A stretch of DNA of 64,000 bases from Lepidodermella squamata (taxonomy: Eukaryota; Animalia; Gastrotricha). Shown here piece by piece: positions 44,074 through 57,900 of this stretch. The stretch is from assembly GCA_047495785.1 (NCBI GenBank), contig JBLDXI010000057.1:124001-188000 (forward strand), written 5' to 3'. Numbering within the stretch: position 1 is the first letter of the stretch; the number at the start of each line of letters is the position of its first letter. A program made the translations under genes and the position numbers. The notes under the pieces are model-generated. The model had not been told where the DNA came from. It saw only the letters and a program-made list of their open reading frames with translations, and did not search any database.

Positions 44074-44576
44074 ATGAAGCTCGTTCATGTGCAGTTTCTT
44101 TGCGCCGTGCTTCTCATCAACTTGGGTGAGCTTAAAACCGCTGATCATGATGTATCTATAACTCATTGTACCGCCTCCAAGTCTCTTTCAGCTCAAGTTG
44201 TAACAATGGAGGTGGCGGATCGAAAAATGTAGGCAGTTGATTGGTGTTGATTCATCTTTTCCTATTGTTCTCATTACAGTATTACTACATCTGCGTAAAA
44301 GGCGTGACATTTAATTGCCGTCAGAAGTGCAACAATGACGAACAGAAGGTCTGAGATCACTTATGTTAAGCTTTCCTGAATGATGTTAACCTGAAATGAT
44401 TACAGGTCACAATCGGTTTTTCCAATCTAAGCGACTGCGAAAAGGCGATCACAGCTCAAGCGACTACTACTGCTCCAACTGCATCAACGACGGTGAGTTC
44501 TGCGCAATCATTGTTACATAAATTTGTTAACAATTTATTATTCCAGACACTACTCAATGTTGCTGGAAAAGCTTAA
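44074..44576 (+). CDS. Small secreted Cys-containing protein built from micro-exons, copy 1
   Basis: MKLVHVQFLCAVLLINL| ... |YYICVKGVTFNCRQKCNNDEQK|VTIGFSNLSDCEKAITAQATTT...|TLLNVAGKA*; GT-AG introns of ~50-60 nt; absent from the ORF track. Confidence 0.65.
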
Positions 44577-44670
44577 CCATAGCTTTGCTTTATTTACACC
44601 ATGCTAATATTAGATTATAAATCAAGGATTGAAATCAGCATTCCAATATTAGAAATAAATATCACCCGAG

Positions 44671-45257
44671 TTGAATAAATCATCAATTTGCCACCGGCTT
44701 GATTTCGCTCAAAACTTGAAGTTCCCGGCAGGCTTCGCCTGCATTCGTTTCATGCTGATGACAAAGCATTGCCGCACAATTTTGATGTTTCCTGCATCGG
44801 TGTCGTCATTAGTAGCCTTGTGCTTCTTTGAAAATTTGGCCTACAAAGAATCAAGTGAAAATATTTCAACTTAGATTAGAAATATCTCTCATACCAGGTA
44901 TCCCGACGATCGATTCGTTGCGAGGGAATCGCGCCTTATTTTTGCCATTGAGACGTTCATAGCGTTGACAGAATAAGTGCGCTCTCGCTTTATCATGGTC
45001 ACCTCCCTTCGAAGCAGAATTTGCGCAACGGCGAAATTTTTCTGCAGTTGATTCCGAATCGATTGAGACAGAATAGCGCCCAGCGTATCGCGTTTGACAT
45101 GCCCTTTCGCTTTGTTCGCCTCTATTGCGATTTCATCATCAAGCATTATCTCTGGCGACGAGCATTTTGACAACGAATCGCCAGCGTCACTGCTTGGAAT
45201 ATCTTCGTATTCGTCGACAAGTGTCTCATAAGGGTCGAATTTGGTTATAAAAGCCAT
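44671..45257 (-). CDS. Hypothetical protein (first exon 45257-~44895; downstream exon boundary uncertain)
   Basis: 122-codon ATG ORF ending near a gtatga donor; no recognisable domain. Confidence 0.45.
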
Positions 45258-46019
45258 GGTTGTTAGGGATAAAAAGTTGACTGAAGTCGCATTTGCCTTG
45301 CGACGAGATTACGTTCAGCCCAATTTCCGGAGTTAAATTTTTCTAATCTAAGTCACACTTCCCGAAGTGAGCCCACGAATTTCCTGAATCGCAGACTGCA
45401 TGAAAAGCAAGAAACACAAAAGAGGTTTCATAAAATCCTCGAATAACATAGGATTTCGCTATTGGACATTATAGCGATTGATGCATGACTGGGTGTTGCA
45501 GCGTGTGAATCGGCTCATGGTCATGGGCGCATGCCCCAATAAGCCTTTTTGATCATGGGGGCAAGGAGATCGCAACAACAGAGATTGGCTACCTTTAAGG
45601 CAATACTTTTCCTGATAAGCGCAAGTTTCATAAGATGGAGAATGTAGCTTGAAGAGTTAATGAGCGTGCTCTGAGAATATTAGTGCAAAGTGTAGCCGGT
45701 CTTAACGAGTCTTTAAATTGAGAGCCTATTAAAAGTGAACTTGTGATGAAAAAGCATTAAAGCATTCATTATGATACCTCAAATCATCAAATCTAATTAG
45801 TTATCCACACAGTACCGGGTAAATAAATTCATTGCATGTCATTTTATCAACAGGAAAATGAAGCTGTTTACTAAATAATTAAGGTAAAGCCAATTAACTT
45901 GCACCAATAAGAGAAAACAAACAAGTGGTAAGGCCATCGCCAAATTAGAGATCTCATAACAAGTTTCAACGTTGTAAAGGATCTTTGTTAATATTTTTGA
46001 GATAATCTTCTGAATAGAA

Positions 46020-46536
46020 ATGACAGCTGCGGGTATCATGACAATTCTTGCTATTGCATCAATTCCTCTTGGTATGTTCGGAAATCTTCTATCCATCATA
46101 TTTTGTGGAAGTAATCCTAACAACAACTATACTACTATATTCATGTAGTTTCGAGCTGCCCACCAAGCAAATCCGAATCAGAGGGCAAACAGGTATGTGA
46201 CTATTTTTCAAATCTGAGACATACACAATGACCAAATCCCATCAATTAAGTATTACTTCATCTGCGTGAAAGATTCGACGTTGACATGCCGCTGGTCTAA
46301 ATGCATGAGCGATGAGTATTTGGTATGAACTTTCGCAGACTCGAAGCATTATTTGATTGTGTTATACACAGGCTCCTGTCGGCTTCACTACCGTGGAGGA
46401 CTGCATGAAAGCTATCTCGACTGGCGAGTCGGTTGCAACCACAACCATGGATGTAAGCCAATATGATCTGAGTCTCTGTAATTTCAAGATAATTTCCCAT
46501 TCACAGCCATTCAAGGATGTCGCCGCTAAAGCGTGA
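46020..46536 (+). CDS. Small secreted Cys-containing micro-exon protein, copy 2
   Basis: MTAAGIMTILAIASIPL| ... |YYFICVKDSTLTCRWSKCMSDE|APVGFTTVEDCMKAIST...|PFKDVAAKA*; same exon plan and Cys spacing as 44074-44576. Confidence 0.65.
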
Positions 46537-46659
46537 TCAACTTCGTCCGCAAAAGCGTGAAAAGCGATCGAATAAAACAGTACATGCATAATTCTATTAT
46601 TTATTGGTGTGTAAGGCATCTTTCCCAGCACCAAATACCGCGAGCAGCAGATGCTCAGT

Positions 46660-47027
46660 TTAATTCCAACCGGGGAAGCAGTTGCCAGACCAGTGGCACT
46701 TGTTGTTGACCTTATCCCCCTTGCAGTCATCGTGCTTCTTGCAATCTTTCTTGGGCAGACAACCAAAGTTACCATCAGGCTGGCCGAAGTGGATGTTCTT
46801 GTCGTCCTTAGTGTCGCAGATGCAAGTTCTGTTAAGTATTGGTGGAACAATAATTATATTTTAATCACAGCTGAATGACGCCTAAATTACCCTTCGGAGC
46901 AAGTTGCAGAAGAGCCAGTATGAAGGGCTTTGCAGTCATCATCAGATGAGCAAGGGCCCCAGAGTCCGGCAGCCGCGGTGGCTGCAATCAGGCAGGCCAT
47001 GAGAATAGCAACAGTGATAGTTTGCAT
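46660..47027 (-). CDS. Small secreted Cys-rich protein (2 exons)
   Basis: MQTITVAILMACLIAATAAAGLWGPCSSDDDC...CSEG|TCICDTKDD...GCLPKKDCKKHDDCKGDKVNNKCHWSGNCFPGWN*; TATATAAA about 90 bp upstream. Confidence 0.8.
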
Positions 47028-48078
47028 GTTTCGAAGACTTGACAAAATACTCTCTTGAGATTTGATAGAGGCGAATAAGCTGATATCTGTGATTCGCAAT
47101 TCTACGCTGTTTATATATCCTTAGAGTGTCGCAAATAGATTTGACGCTGAGATTAAACAGCTGCTTGTCGCACGTCGCAAGGACTCCTACTCCATATCGT
47201 CGTTATCCCCCTCAATCTAGGGTTCCATCTTTATGACTGACATTAAGCTTTGCGTGTTAAGCGGTGCTGGCTCCAGCAGATAAAGAATTATTCCCAGGGT
47301 TTGCAAATAACAGAACTTGCAAATTGCGCAGACTCCGATGATTTTCAGACTGATGTGAAGCTTGCTCTCATGAAAAATTGTTCAGCTGCCCATTACGTAC
47401 CGCTCATCCCAGTCTTTTGCGCGGCTACGTAACATAAAACAGCTCATCCTGATTCGCATTATCTGTCTTTACATCATAATCTCAAATGTCACTCCCACAC
47501 GTCTGGTTACCCATAGACATATTTTAGGATCCATCAGCCAAACCCTTGGGAAAATCGAAACCGCCACGGAACCAGTAAAAAGAATCGAATATTTTGTTTA
47601 CTTTTCCTCCAAGCGCTGATGAATCAGCTGACCATCTGGCGCCCATGGCGTAGCACCCTTTTTCTCGTGTAGTAAGCAGTCTATCCTAAATTTTATGTCT
47701 ACGGGTTACCACACGACCAAGGAATTATCCAGAATTATTATGTCTAAGAATTCTTCTTCCAAAATCAAAATCCATTTTCAAACGTTAAACGGCGCAAAAT
47801 AATTTATTAATATGCCGTATTTTCGAGATATCCGCATGAGTGAAAGGAAGAAGAGAACATCGGTAGCTGCGAACCGGAAGGAAATCATGCTATTAAATAT
47901 TGCTGCCATGGCGAGAAAACATTAATGTTATTAAAGCACTTGACTGTTGTTCTCATCATCATGTGTAGCCTATAAAGCGCAAACATGTGCTCACCGCCCA
48001 TTTAAACCCGCATTCTCATCAGGACAGCGGCTACAAACACTTTTAACTGCGACAGAAACATGTGCTACTTTTGTCATC

Positions 48079-51000
48079 ATGAGCTATGAATATCAGCCAG
48101 ACGAGGATGAAGAATATGAACAGCGATTATTCGAGCAACAAGATCCGGTCATCAGGGAGATATTCAAGAGGCACGAGTTCGCTAAGCGAGAGCGACGTGA
48201 GCGGTATTACCGAATTGAACTCGATAAAGTTATGACTCGGGTGTCGAAAATCTGCTCTCAATTCGATAAAAATGGCGCAGAGGAGGGGAAATTCGTCAGA
48301 GTGATAGACGACCTGGTAAGACAAGAACATTGATGCTTTACAAATTTAGCTGTTGATATCAACTTTCAGGACGAATTTGAAGCTGAACTGTTAGATCCGG
48401 AGAAGAAGAATGCTCACCGACACGAAATGCTGGTTCTGATAATTGGCTACCAAGTCAGCAACAAAGAGCGTTTTGGCTTGATTAAAAATGTTGGCGATGT
48501 AAGTAATTTGTTCAACGGTATAGCAATATCTTCATTGATTTATACTTCGACCAGTTTTTGAGAACAACCACGCAGAATTTGGTGGAGGAAGATGAGCCTA
48601 GCACAGGAGATCAGGTAAATTTGGTCTCGCCAACTTACGACCCGGATCACGGATTTCAAGAATTTGACTCTGCATTTCGACAAGCGATTCTTAAGGCCGA
48701 ACAGCTGAAAATTATCTTCGAGCAAACAGTCGATTGCCTCGTCAAATATGCGACCGCAAAAGGAGGAAAGCTGCATAAAAAAATAGAAGGAACTCTAAAT
48801 CAAGCGAAAAATGAGATCAAGATGCTTCAAGACAAGCTAACTGCGGCGCATAATGAATTGGAGGACAGAAAGGACGCCCTGGTGAAGAACTTACGCGAAC
48901 TGGAAGCCAAAAGAATAGAGATTGCGAAATATCGGAATGAGCTGGAAGAAGCTCAACGGAATCAAACTCGATTGGCCAACTTGGTCGAAGTCGTACAGGA
49001 AAAAGAGTCTCAAATTGAGCGACTGAATAGCAAGATAATGAACATGCAGTTTGATATCGACGACACTCACCATCAAATGGAAAACTTGCGGGCGTCAACT
49101 GAAGCTGAGATACTTGCATACCAGGATAAGGTCGAAGGGTTGGAAAAGCAGCTGCAGAAGAAGCAAGCCGCCCTTGAGAAGGCCAAAATGGACATGCAAG
49201 ATTTACTGGATAAAGTTGTCCGAGAGCTGAACGAGAAAAACGCGGAAGCTCTAGACGCAATGGAAGCAGAGTATGAAGAAAAGATCGCCGCCATGGAGGT
49301 ACGCTTTTTGGTTTTGATGATTGTTTGGCGTTTAATCTGATTGTATTTCTCATAGGAATCTCATAGAGCAGAGCTGCAGGAAATGAGTAATAAAATTACG
49401 AAAATCATTGAAGAAAGTATGCAGCACCGTAACGTAAGTTCGACCAATTATTGAAAAAGGTGCCGATGCTAATTGTTAGATCTCAGTCTATTACTCCTGA
49501 AGATGGCGCGAAGCCAGCAGCTGATAAGCCGATTCTGAAATTGGTAAGGTTGAATAAATAATGCGTTGAACAATTAATATCAGGTTTGTTCTAGCTATCG
49601 GTCGTGACTCAAGAAGTCGCTGAGAAGGCTGAAAAACCTCCAGAAAAGCCTCCTGAAAAACCGAAGAAGAAGAGAAAAGTACCATCGATATCCAGCACTG
49701 ATATCATACGTGAAAACGCAGCTCTTCTTGCGACGGGGGGTGTTAACATTTCAATTTCTGACGACTCGCATTTCAGCACAACCTCAGATGCAGACGAACT
49801 AAAGGCGAAATTCGCGAGATATAAAGAAAAAGTAAACAGTCAATGACATCAAGTCAAATACAAATTTGTAATATTGTTATTTTCAGGCTAAGGCGAGGAT
49901 AAAAGAGCTTGAAGCTCAGCTAGCCGCAGCTGGCGTGGCCGCGAAGCAAGAAGCAGCAGAACTGGCGGCCGCTGAAGCCGCCGCTGCTGATCTAGTTGCA
50001 GCTGATAAAGCCTTGGAGGCAGAGCTTGCAAAAGTTGAAGTTGGAAGTACATCCTCAAGTGTATTTGCGAAGCAAAAGCCGGCATTGCCTGGTATAATTG
50101 AGTCCACTCCAATACCGGATACTGATTTGCTGCCCGTACCCGTCATCGAGCCGAAAGTGGACACAGTGAGCGCATTTTTAATATCGAAACCAGCTCGCTC
50201 ATTTTCTTATCGTTTCAGATTCCTTCTCTTGGATCCAGCGATGAATTAGGACTAAAAACCTCTTTGACACTCCAACCATCAGTCTCGGCAGAGCCTCAGG
50301 AGTCTAAAGACGATGCAGCAAAAAAACCGGAGCCACCTCCTCGCAGTACTAAATTGAGCCATGCTGTATATAACACGGTATGATCTGATGATTTCATAGC
50401 ATGAGTATGACTTCAGGTTTTTCTCCCAGCTTAAACGACCTGACATCGGTATTAAACTTGCATCTATTGAAATTCTTGAGGAGCTTAAACGTAGCTATGC
50501 CGCTATTATCCAGCTTGGACAAGATACCTTTGATACGATACGCCATCTTGATTCCCGCAGTCTCAAAGGATATGATTTTCAAAGCAGCTTATGGAAGAGC
50601 ATTTCTAAAAAATTGGATAGAAAGCTGCCAGGTAACTGGAGGCCAAGCAAAGAAGCTACTTCGTTTGGAATCGGAAGTAACCTGGCAAGAGTTCTTTCTG
50701 ACCTCGAATATATGGAGGACGACATTGAACTGGCGGCGCGAATCACAGCTCATGTGAACGCCGTCGTTCAACAAATTCACTTCGCTTTTGATCGTTTGAT
50801 CATTTTCTCGGGGAAAGAGCATGTAAGAAGTTATCTCCAAAAGTTGAGCTTAATATTCAAAGTTATATTTAGTCTGAGCATGAAGATGACAAGAGCTTGG
50901 ATGTGTAAGTTCTTTTCTGGGTATGAGAATAATGGCTTAAACATTGTTACTTGAACAGTTCGATAAGACTTGAGAAGCAGAAGAAAGAGTTCGAACGCAC

Positions 51001-52134
51001 ATTAAGTGAAAAGGAACGGAGCATAACAGAGTTGAACGATAGAATCGAGCTGCTCAAGTTTCAGGTCGAACATCTGATGGCGTCGCAAAAAGCCCATGAA
51101 TACGCAGTGATGTTCACGCGCCTGGATTTAGATAGAAATTCTCGCATCTTACAGCGAATGCCGGCAAATAAGCGAATCTCAACGCAGCAAATCGAAGACG
51201 CCATACGGACCATGGAAGAATTTGTCGACATGCCCGTTCAAAGATTAGTGCAACTTATTGCTCAGCGCCGAAGAGAAGAGCTGCCAAACGCAAGTCCGCG
51301 AGCCGTGAAGGCAATTCTAAACGCAGCTGCTAATGACGTGGCGGAAGCTGCAACTGAACTCGGCCCGCTACTCGCAAGTGATATTGAAAAAATGGCTGAA
51401 GAGCGCATAAAATTGGCTGAGAATGTCATGGTGAAACTTCAAGAAATTGAACGTGAATCGGGTACATTTCTGATCAAGCCTTACTTCAGCTATCCAGGGC
51501 AGCAGATACAGGACAGGGAGAAATTCAAAGTCAAAACGAGTCGACCAATGCAGGAATTTGAGCCTGTTTTGGCTGTAAATCAGCCAAATTCGAAGCAGCC
51601 ACAGCAGACGACTGAATCTTGCAACACGTCAGCAACTCGCCGGCCTGTCCCGGCAGTTCTTGTTCAGAAGAGACGAAGTGGCAGTGTGAGCAAAGTTAGC
51701 GATATTACGAGCGGAATTAATGGTGAGAAGGTAGCTAAGCAACCGTCGCCTCCTCCACCTCAATGGCGCATGGATGAATCGGCCCATGTTGGGGATTTAG
51801 CGACAAGTATCATATCTCAATCCTCGCGACTTGAACAAATGGATGTGAAGCGTTATGTCGTGGCTCAAAATGCAGTAAGCACTACCTTCCCGACAGAGCT
51901 GAAGGACAGTGCCCCGCCTGGTATGAAAACGGCTCGTGCATACTTCGGTCTAACTCGGGATCCTGTCATTCGTCTGTCAGGTCTGTCAGCATGTTGATTG
52001 GGCCTAGTTTGCATTACTTTTTTATTTCAGAGAATCCCGTTACATTCGTTTCTGTCACGCCAAATTACGCTACCCCTTCAATCACGCCAGCAACTTCTGC
52101 ATTGCCTCCCATTGCGATTCCAAAATTCTTCTAA
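48079..52134 (+). CDS. Large coiled-coil protein (many exons; ends approximate)
   Basis: Chain of Glu/Lys/Gln-rich helical ORFs (47947, 48558, 49604, 49935, 50613, 50951) separated by ~50-nt GT-AG introns. Confidence 0.7.
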
Positions 52135-52295
52135 AATTCATCAGAATTACACTTGAATTAAGTCTACCGGCACATCCAATTTCAAAAGAATCGCACACAT
52201 TTTGATCAGTCGCTGAAACGAACCATTGATTTATTTTATTCAGGTTACATATTCAACTAACCTCTGATTGAGTCACACAAAAATAAATATGGATG

Positions 52296-54021
52296 TTATT
52301 TTCCAAAGTAATTAGTAGTTATTTGCTCCGATTTTATGGCAAGATCTTCTTCGCTCTCGGCTGTAAAGAATTCATCCGGCATGCGCAAGTAGCCGACCAA
52401 CGGAACACTGACGGTAGCCAAAAAACATACAGCGAACCCGATCCAATTGACGGCGTACGCAACATACCAGGCGGTTTTGTTTCGCCGCAACCGACGACCG
52501 GCTTCGTATTCATGCTCTTTTGGGTCTGAGATTGCAGAGCGACGCCGCCACAGACGGTATCTCAACCTATTTAACGACCTTCTTGCTGAATAGATTGATG
52601 AGCGACTCGAAGGTCGGCTTTGTAAGATGTCCTGACGAGTGAAACGCTGACCACTTGGTTTCAGTGTCTGCATTGACGAATGGCTAGATCCAGTTGTTGC
52701 TGAAGATGCGTCGGAATCTTTGAAATGAAATTTAGCAGGATACGCAGCTCGTTTTAGAGATTTTAAGCCAGACACCAACATTTCGCCGATGTTGGGCAGC
52801 CCCCAGGGTGCTTTTATATATTCGCCTGGATCCACAATTGAAAGGCAGAGCGTTGTTGTTAGTATTGTAATAGCTGATGTGCATAGAATAACAGTGAGGT
52901 AAATTGTTAGTAAACAATTAGCTGAGTTGTTAGGCAATTTTTCAGCGACCGTGACCTCAAATATCGCAACAGCCAGTACCGTTGTGACTGATTGAACAGG
53001 CCTGTCAACATAATGAACTGGGACCAAATAGGTCAGTAGGCTAATGACTGCCAGGACGCATGTTGGAATCAACACCGTAACAATAAAGAAAACAGATTTC
53101 CGCTTAATGACTAGCACGAAGTGAACGCGACTGAATGATGTTCTTTCGCCGCTTTTGTAGAGCGTTGCGTAGCCAACACTCCTGTCAGCAACGAGCTCCC
53201 ATACTTCTGCAATTTGAATGAAATATTTAAGTCAGAAGTTGTCATCGCTGTTAGCCTCACCGTTCTCAGCCAGCATGCCCAAAGAGACTGCATTAGGTCT
53301 GTCGTCTGTTCTTGTAATTAGCTTCAGCTCGCGGTCTTGATAAATGACCGATTCAAGAATGATCAAACATTGCTGAACGTCAAATGGGTAGAACCTGAGG
53401 TCGAAGTGGCAGCGCGTTGATGCTCGGCCGGTCGGATGATACCTTTCAATCCAATTTAACGTTCGAGATTCGAGGTACGACTAATTAGCGATAATTCTAA
53501 AGATCTTACCACACGTTTCCATCGTGAAGGACACGGAATGCGAACGAATAATCCTTCAATAGATCAAAGCCGCCAATAGAATTGGCAATCTGTAATTGAG
53601 GAATCCATAAGACACCAGCTGGAATAACAATCTCGCGGAGGCCACCGAAATCTTGAGGAGCCCAAGCTAGACGAGGATCTTGCCAATTCTACGTTATCGT
53701 AAAAATGACACATGATGAAAATCATGAACAACTCACGAGCTGCAGTCGAATCGTAGAATGCAAAGTTTCAGCGGCTTCATCGACTTGTTGAATGCGGACA
53801 ATGTATAGCCGAGTTTTCACTATGAGAGTGAAGTTTCCCGCGAGTGGTACAGGCTTTGCTAGCTTTGAATAGCCAACTGAAGTTAACTTTCGAACGAGAT
53901 CCAGTTCGTATGTTCGTGGCTTGCTGTTGATGGATGCCTCCCAGCTCGCCGGTAATCTCGCGAATGCCAGTTGAGTTATTTGAGTAAGAGCGATACCAAT
54001 TAAAATATAATATTGAAACAT
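52296..54021 (-). CDS. Divergent Cys-loop ligand-gated ion channel subunit (nAChR-like, non-alpha), multi-exon
   Basis: Signal peptide, GYSKLAKPV, WQDPRLAW, LWIPQL, Cys-loop CHFDLRFYPFDVQQC, KRKSVFFIVTVLIP (M1), M2-M4. Confidence 0.9.
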
Positions 54022-54955
54022 CGCGCACTTGTCCCTGATTGAAAACTAGAGCGGCAGCAATTTCACTCCGCGCTCATCAACCCAGTCAGTCCCACAGGGC
54101 AAAGCGAGTAGATCTTTCCGCACTTACTTATAAGTCTATTCGCACTGCATGTGAATAAATTCGATAACAACACTTTCTATACATTGCGAGCGAAGAAGTT
54201 TTAGGGCGGTACCGGTTTCGAATCGCCAAAATTTATTTCTAACACATATTGTTATGATACCTCACTTCGCAATACGAAACGGTTTAAGATATAAACAGCA
54301 AACCGTTCAATGAATAAACAATTTAGTATAGTTTCGCTTACTTCCCTAGCTTCTTGCTCACAATTCGGAGCTTCAGTATAAACAGTAAACAATAAAACAG
54401 TATTTTTTCCGATGGGCAGAAATCGAATTACTGATACGCTTTACTTGTAGTCGTACTGTAGGTGTGAAGTCGTACTGTATAGCTTATAAGATAAACCGTA
54501 TTTGCCCAGGAAAAATACGACTTCCGAGACCAAAAAACATAATTATCCTGCTACTTTGCTCATTCAATTCAGATAGTAGTAAGGGTCATAGATAGTATGA
54601 TTAGGGCGCAAATTTTTTTTCGGTGCAAGTTCGAGGGTTTAATTCTTCAAAAAATGCAGGGTAAGCGGGTAATAAAGAAAGAGGAAATCAATCACTGCCA
54701 TTTTCATGTTTTATTGCTCTTCATGCTGCGCTTTCCTTGACTTATGCCGAGAGTTTCATTTCCGCGATTGCTTTATCGCTTATAATTGACCGGAGTAATG
54801 AGTATTCGGACGCGGCTAAAACAATTAATTGTAAAACCAAGGTATAATATTTATTCCAATTACTATGACTCAACATTATAGGAAAATGACTCGTCAAAAT
54901 GTTAAGTAATCGTTTATTCCTCTGAGTTCTCACAACGTTGGGCGTAAGACCTAAG

Positions 54956-57900
54956 TTACATGCGGGTCATGTATATTGGTGGGATACTGCCGCGTTTGTG
55001 TCCAGTCAATAAATCCCCAAAGCCCTCCGTATGAGAGTATCCAAAACCCGTTCCCGAGTCTCGGAATGAATCGCCGCTCAGACGAGGTCGAGTTCGCCGG
55101 CGCATGGATGTCGTCGATCGCACACTTCCCGAAATCGGTAGAGATACAGTATCTCGAATTGGCGCAGGGTGCATTTCTACGCTCTGCTGAGTCGTCAATT
55201 TTGGTGCCGCTTCCTGCTGTTCCGCTTCCTTTCGCTTCTTGCCACCTCCCAGCAGCAGCCGGAATACTTTGACTATGAAAATATCTCTTTCGCCATTTTC
55301 TTTCTCTCTGACTGCGTCTGTCAGCGTTGGCATAATGCAGCGAACAGCGTAGGACAATGCGATGCCAGGTAGAATCGCCATCGTAATCGCGCTCAAGGAA
55401 GCAAGCCACGTTGGGCCAAAATTCAGAGCAGCATATTGGGCGCCTTCGTAATCGTACTGAGCTCCGAATAGCCAGTAAACAACTGGGCCGAAAGCAAAAA
55501 CGCTGATCCAATAGATCAGAAGGGAACCCCATAATGTGATATGGCTCCAAATTGTCCAGTAGGCTGTTTCCTGGGCACAGCGAATCGTAACCAATGACAG
55601 TGTGGTGAATCCTAAGGTGAATGAAAAAGTTCGAAGATCAGCCAACTCAACTGAAGCTGCGGCCCAACGGGATCCACTTGACGGAATATTGTACGCCGAT
55701 GTCCCATAATGAACAAAGAAAACACAGGCAGCTGAGTACAGACTGTCGATGAAAGTCAATGTTAACGAGCGAATGTTGAGCATCGAATTAGACAGGCCGA
55801 CTTCATACAGCAGGGGGAAAGAGAGCAAACCAGTCGAGCTGACATCCTGGTCGCTAGCACCGAGAATAATGCATGGCAAAGCCGTGTAGATTGTATTGAA
55901 TAGACCAACAAATAGAGGGTCAAATGCAGTCTAGAAGTCACATGAGCGGTTATAAAACGTAAAGATATAATAATACTATTTACTTGAGCAGTACCGCCGC
56001 AAAAAAACGCGAAGAAGAAATGCCCCAGTGTGAATGTAAGGTTCTTGTAGAGAAAATAAAGCACAAATGTCGCCATTCGAGCATAGCTCCAGCGGCCGTG
56101 GACAAGGAGTAATTTGGCAAGAAACCGAAACTGGGCGATAGCATAGTCACTAGATAGTACAGCTTGAAGCCCTTCTCGTCCAGCTATTCCAACACCGATA
56201 TTCGCAGCTGTTCGAAGGGAAAATTCATGTAAGTAGGCACTGAGGCAATAAATTTACCTCGAATCATGGGCACATCGTTTGCTCCGTCTCCAATAGCGCA
56301 AGTTCTCGCATGCAGCTGGCGACGAAATAGCTCAACCACTCTCGCCTTAGATAACGGGGTCATCCGGCAGCAAATTACGGTAGAACACCGCCCGGCAACC
56401 TTAACGAATAGATCAGTCAGATTACTTCCACCGACCTCGTTGCCCTCTTCATCGTCTTCTGTGTCTGAAAATACGTCGCTTCCAGTTGCATTCGTTGGAA
56501 TAGTCCCCGAGCTGGTTGGGCTTTCTGTGGCTTTCTTCTTATTCAAGTGAGGCAAGATGGAATCCTAAATAAAGTAGAAAATGTGCAAAAGCTTCAATTA
56601 ATAATGCAAATTTTACCAATGCCCCGCCGGTTATTGATAGCCCGAAAACTGGACCCTCGCCATTTTGAGCCTCGCTTTCGCGTGGTTTCTTATCAGTCGA
56701 GAAGAAGCCGTCGAATGTTTCCGCCATGTTCGTGCGAAAACGCTGTAAAGCACTCATGTCACGTCTTGCTACACTGGGGCGAGGTGGAGCTTTGTACGGC
56801 TTGCCTTCCATTTCCTGGTACAACCGTGCCAACATACCTGGAACGCGGTGTTTCGCAGCGTCATCGTCGTTTATCACGGTTAAATTTGTGTCTGCAGCCA
56901 GCAAATTGCAAGAATACCCAATATTGATAGCCGTCTCTTGCTTGTCTCCAGTTAGAACCCACATCCTAATACCAGCATTAAGAAGCTGCTTAATAGCCAG
57001 CGGAACCCCGTCTTGCAGCTTATCCTCGATGGCCGTCGCGCCGATTAGAGTAAAATCACGCTCTATTTCGTTGTAGACCTCTCGAACCTTTTCGTCTCGT
57101 TCACCAATCGCAGACTCGGCTTCTTCGCATCTAGCCTTCCACTGAGCAAACTCATGCTCCTTCAAGATGCGCATTCCAAATACCAAAGTACGAAGTCCCT
57201 TCTCTGCGAAGTCTCTCAAGTGACCGGTGGTTCTTTCGATCATTTCCTCTTGGTTCGGGGCTGCGAACGGAAACAAAGACGAATCGGCACCTTTGCAATA
57301 CAAAATTATGACCGATTCGTCATCAGGGTCACGAATGATCACGGACATCCGTTTTCGCACGTTATCAAAATCGAGAAGATGCAACAGCTGAAACTTGATG
57401 ATGCGAGACGATCTGTTGGTATTTGGAACAGGCTCTGCTATTGTTAAAGATTCAGCATCACGTTCCTGAAGTACGTAGCCGAATGACCTTGCCCCTGATA
57501 TTAAAGCGTTCTCGTCAGGCGACTGAGCTTGGTATATGAATGTTGTAGAGCCATCTGTTGAGTCTGGCCTCGGTACACGACTTGGTACAACCGTGCTGCA
57601 TAGTGCCATAAGTCTAAAATAGTGCTGCAGCATTCTCCCGTGAGTTGAAAGCGAGCCTAAATTAATTAGCCGATTAACTACATGTTTCTATATCGAAGTT
57701 TGAAAATATGTTACCTTGTTGCAAAATTGCTTCGACCAAACGACTGTCGTAAAATACAAAAGATGGATCTGCGTCGGGGGTGAGGGTCGAAATCAAGTCG
57801 AGACGCGGGAAAGTTGCGCCCTCTTCATATGGGTCGACATCAGTACCAGTGGCCTCGTCCAAAACATCACCGTATTTCACGCCGTAAATCGAACATTTAT

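Noticed and set aside
46700-46725. Possible frameshift in a G-run of the small Cys-rich gene
   Set aside because: Five G residues keep the frame (K-G-D-K) through to CFPGWN-stop.
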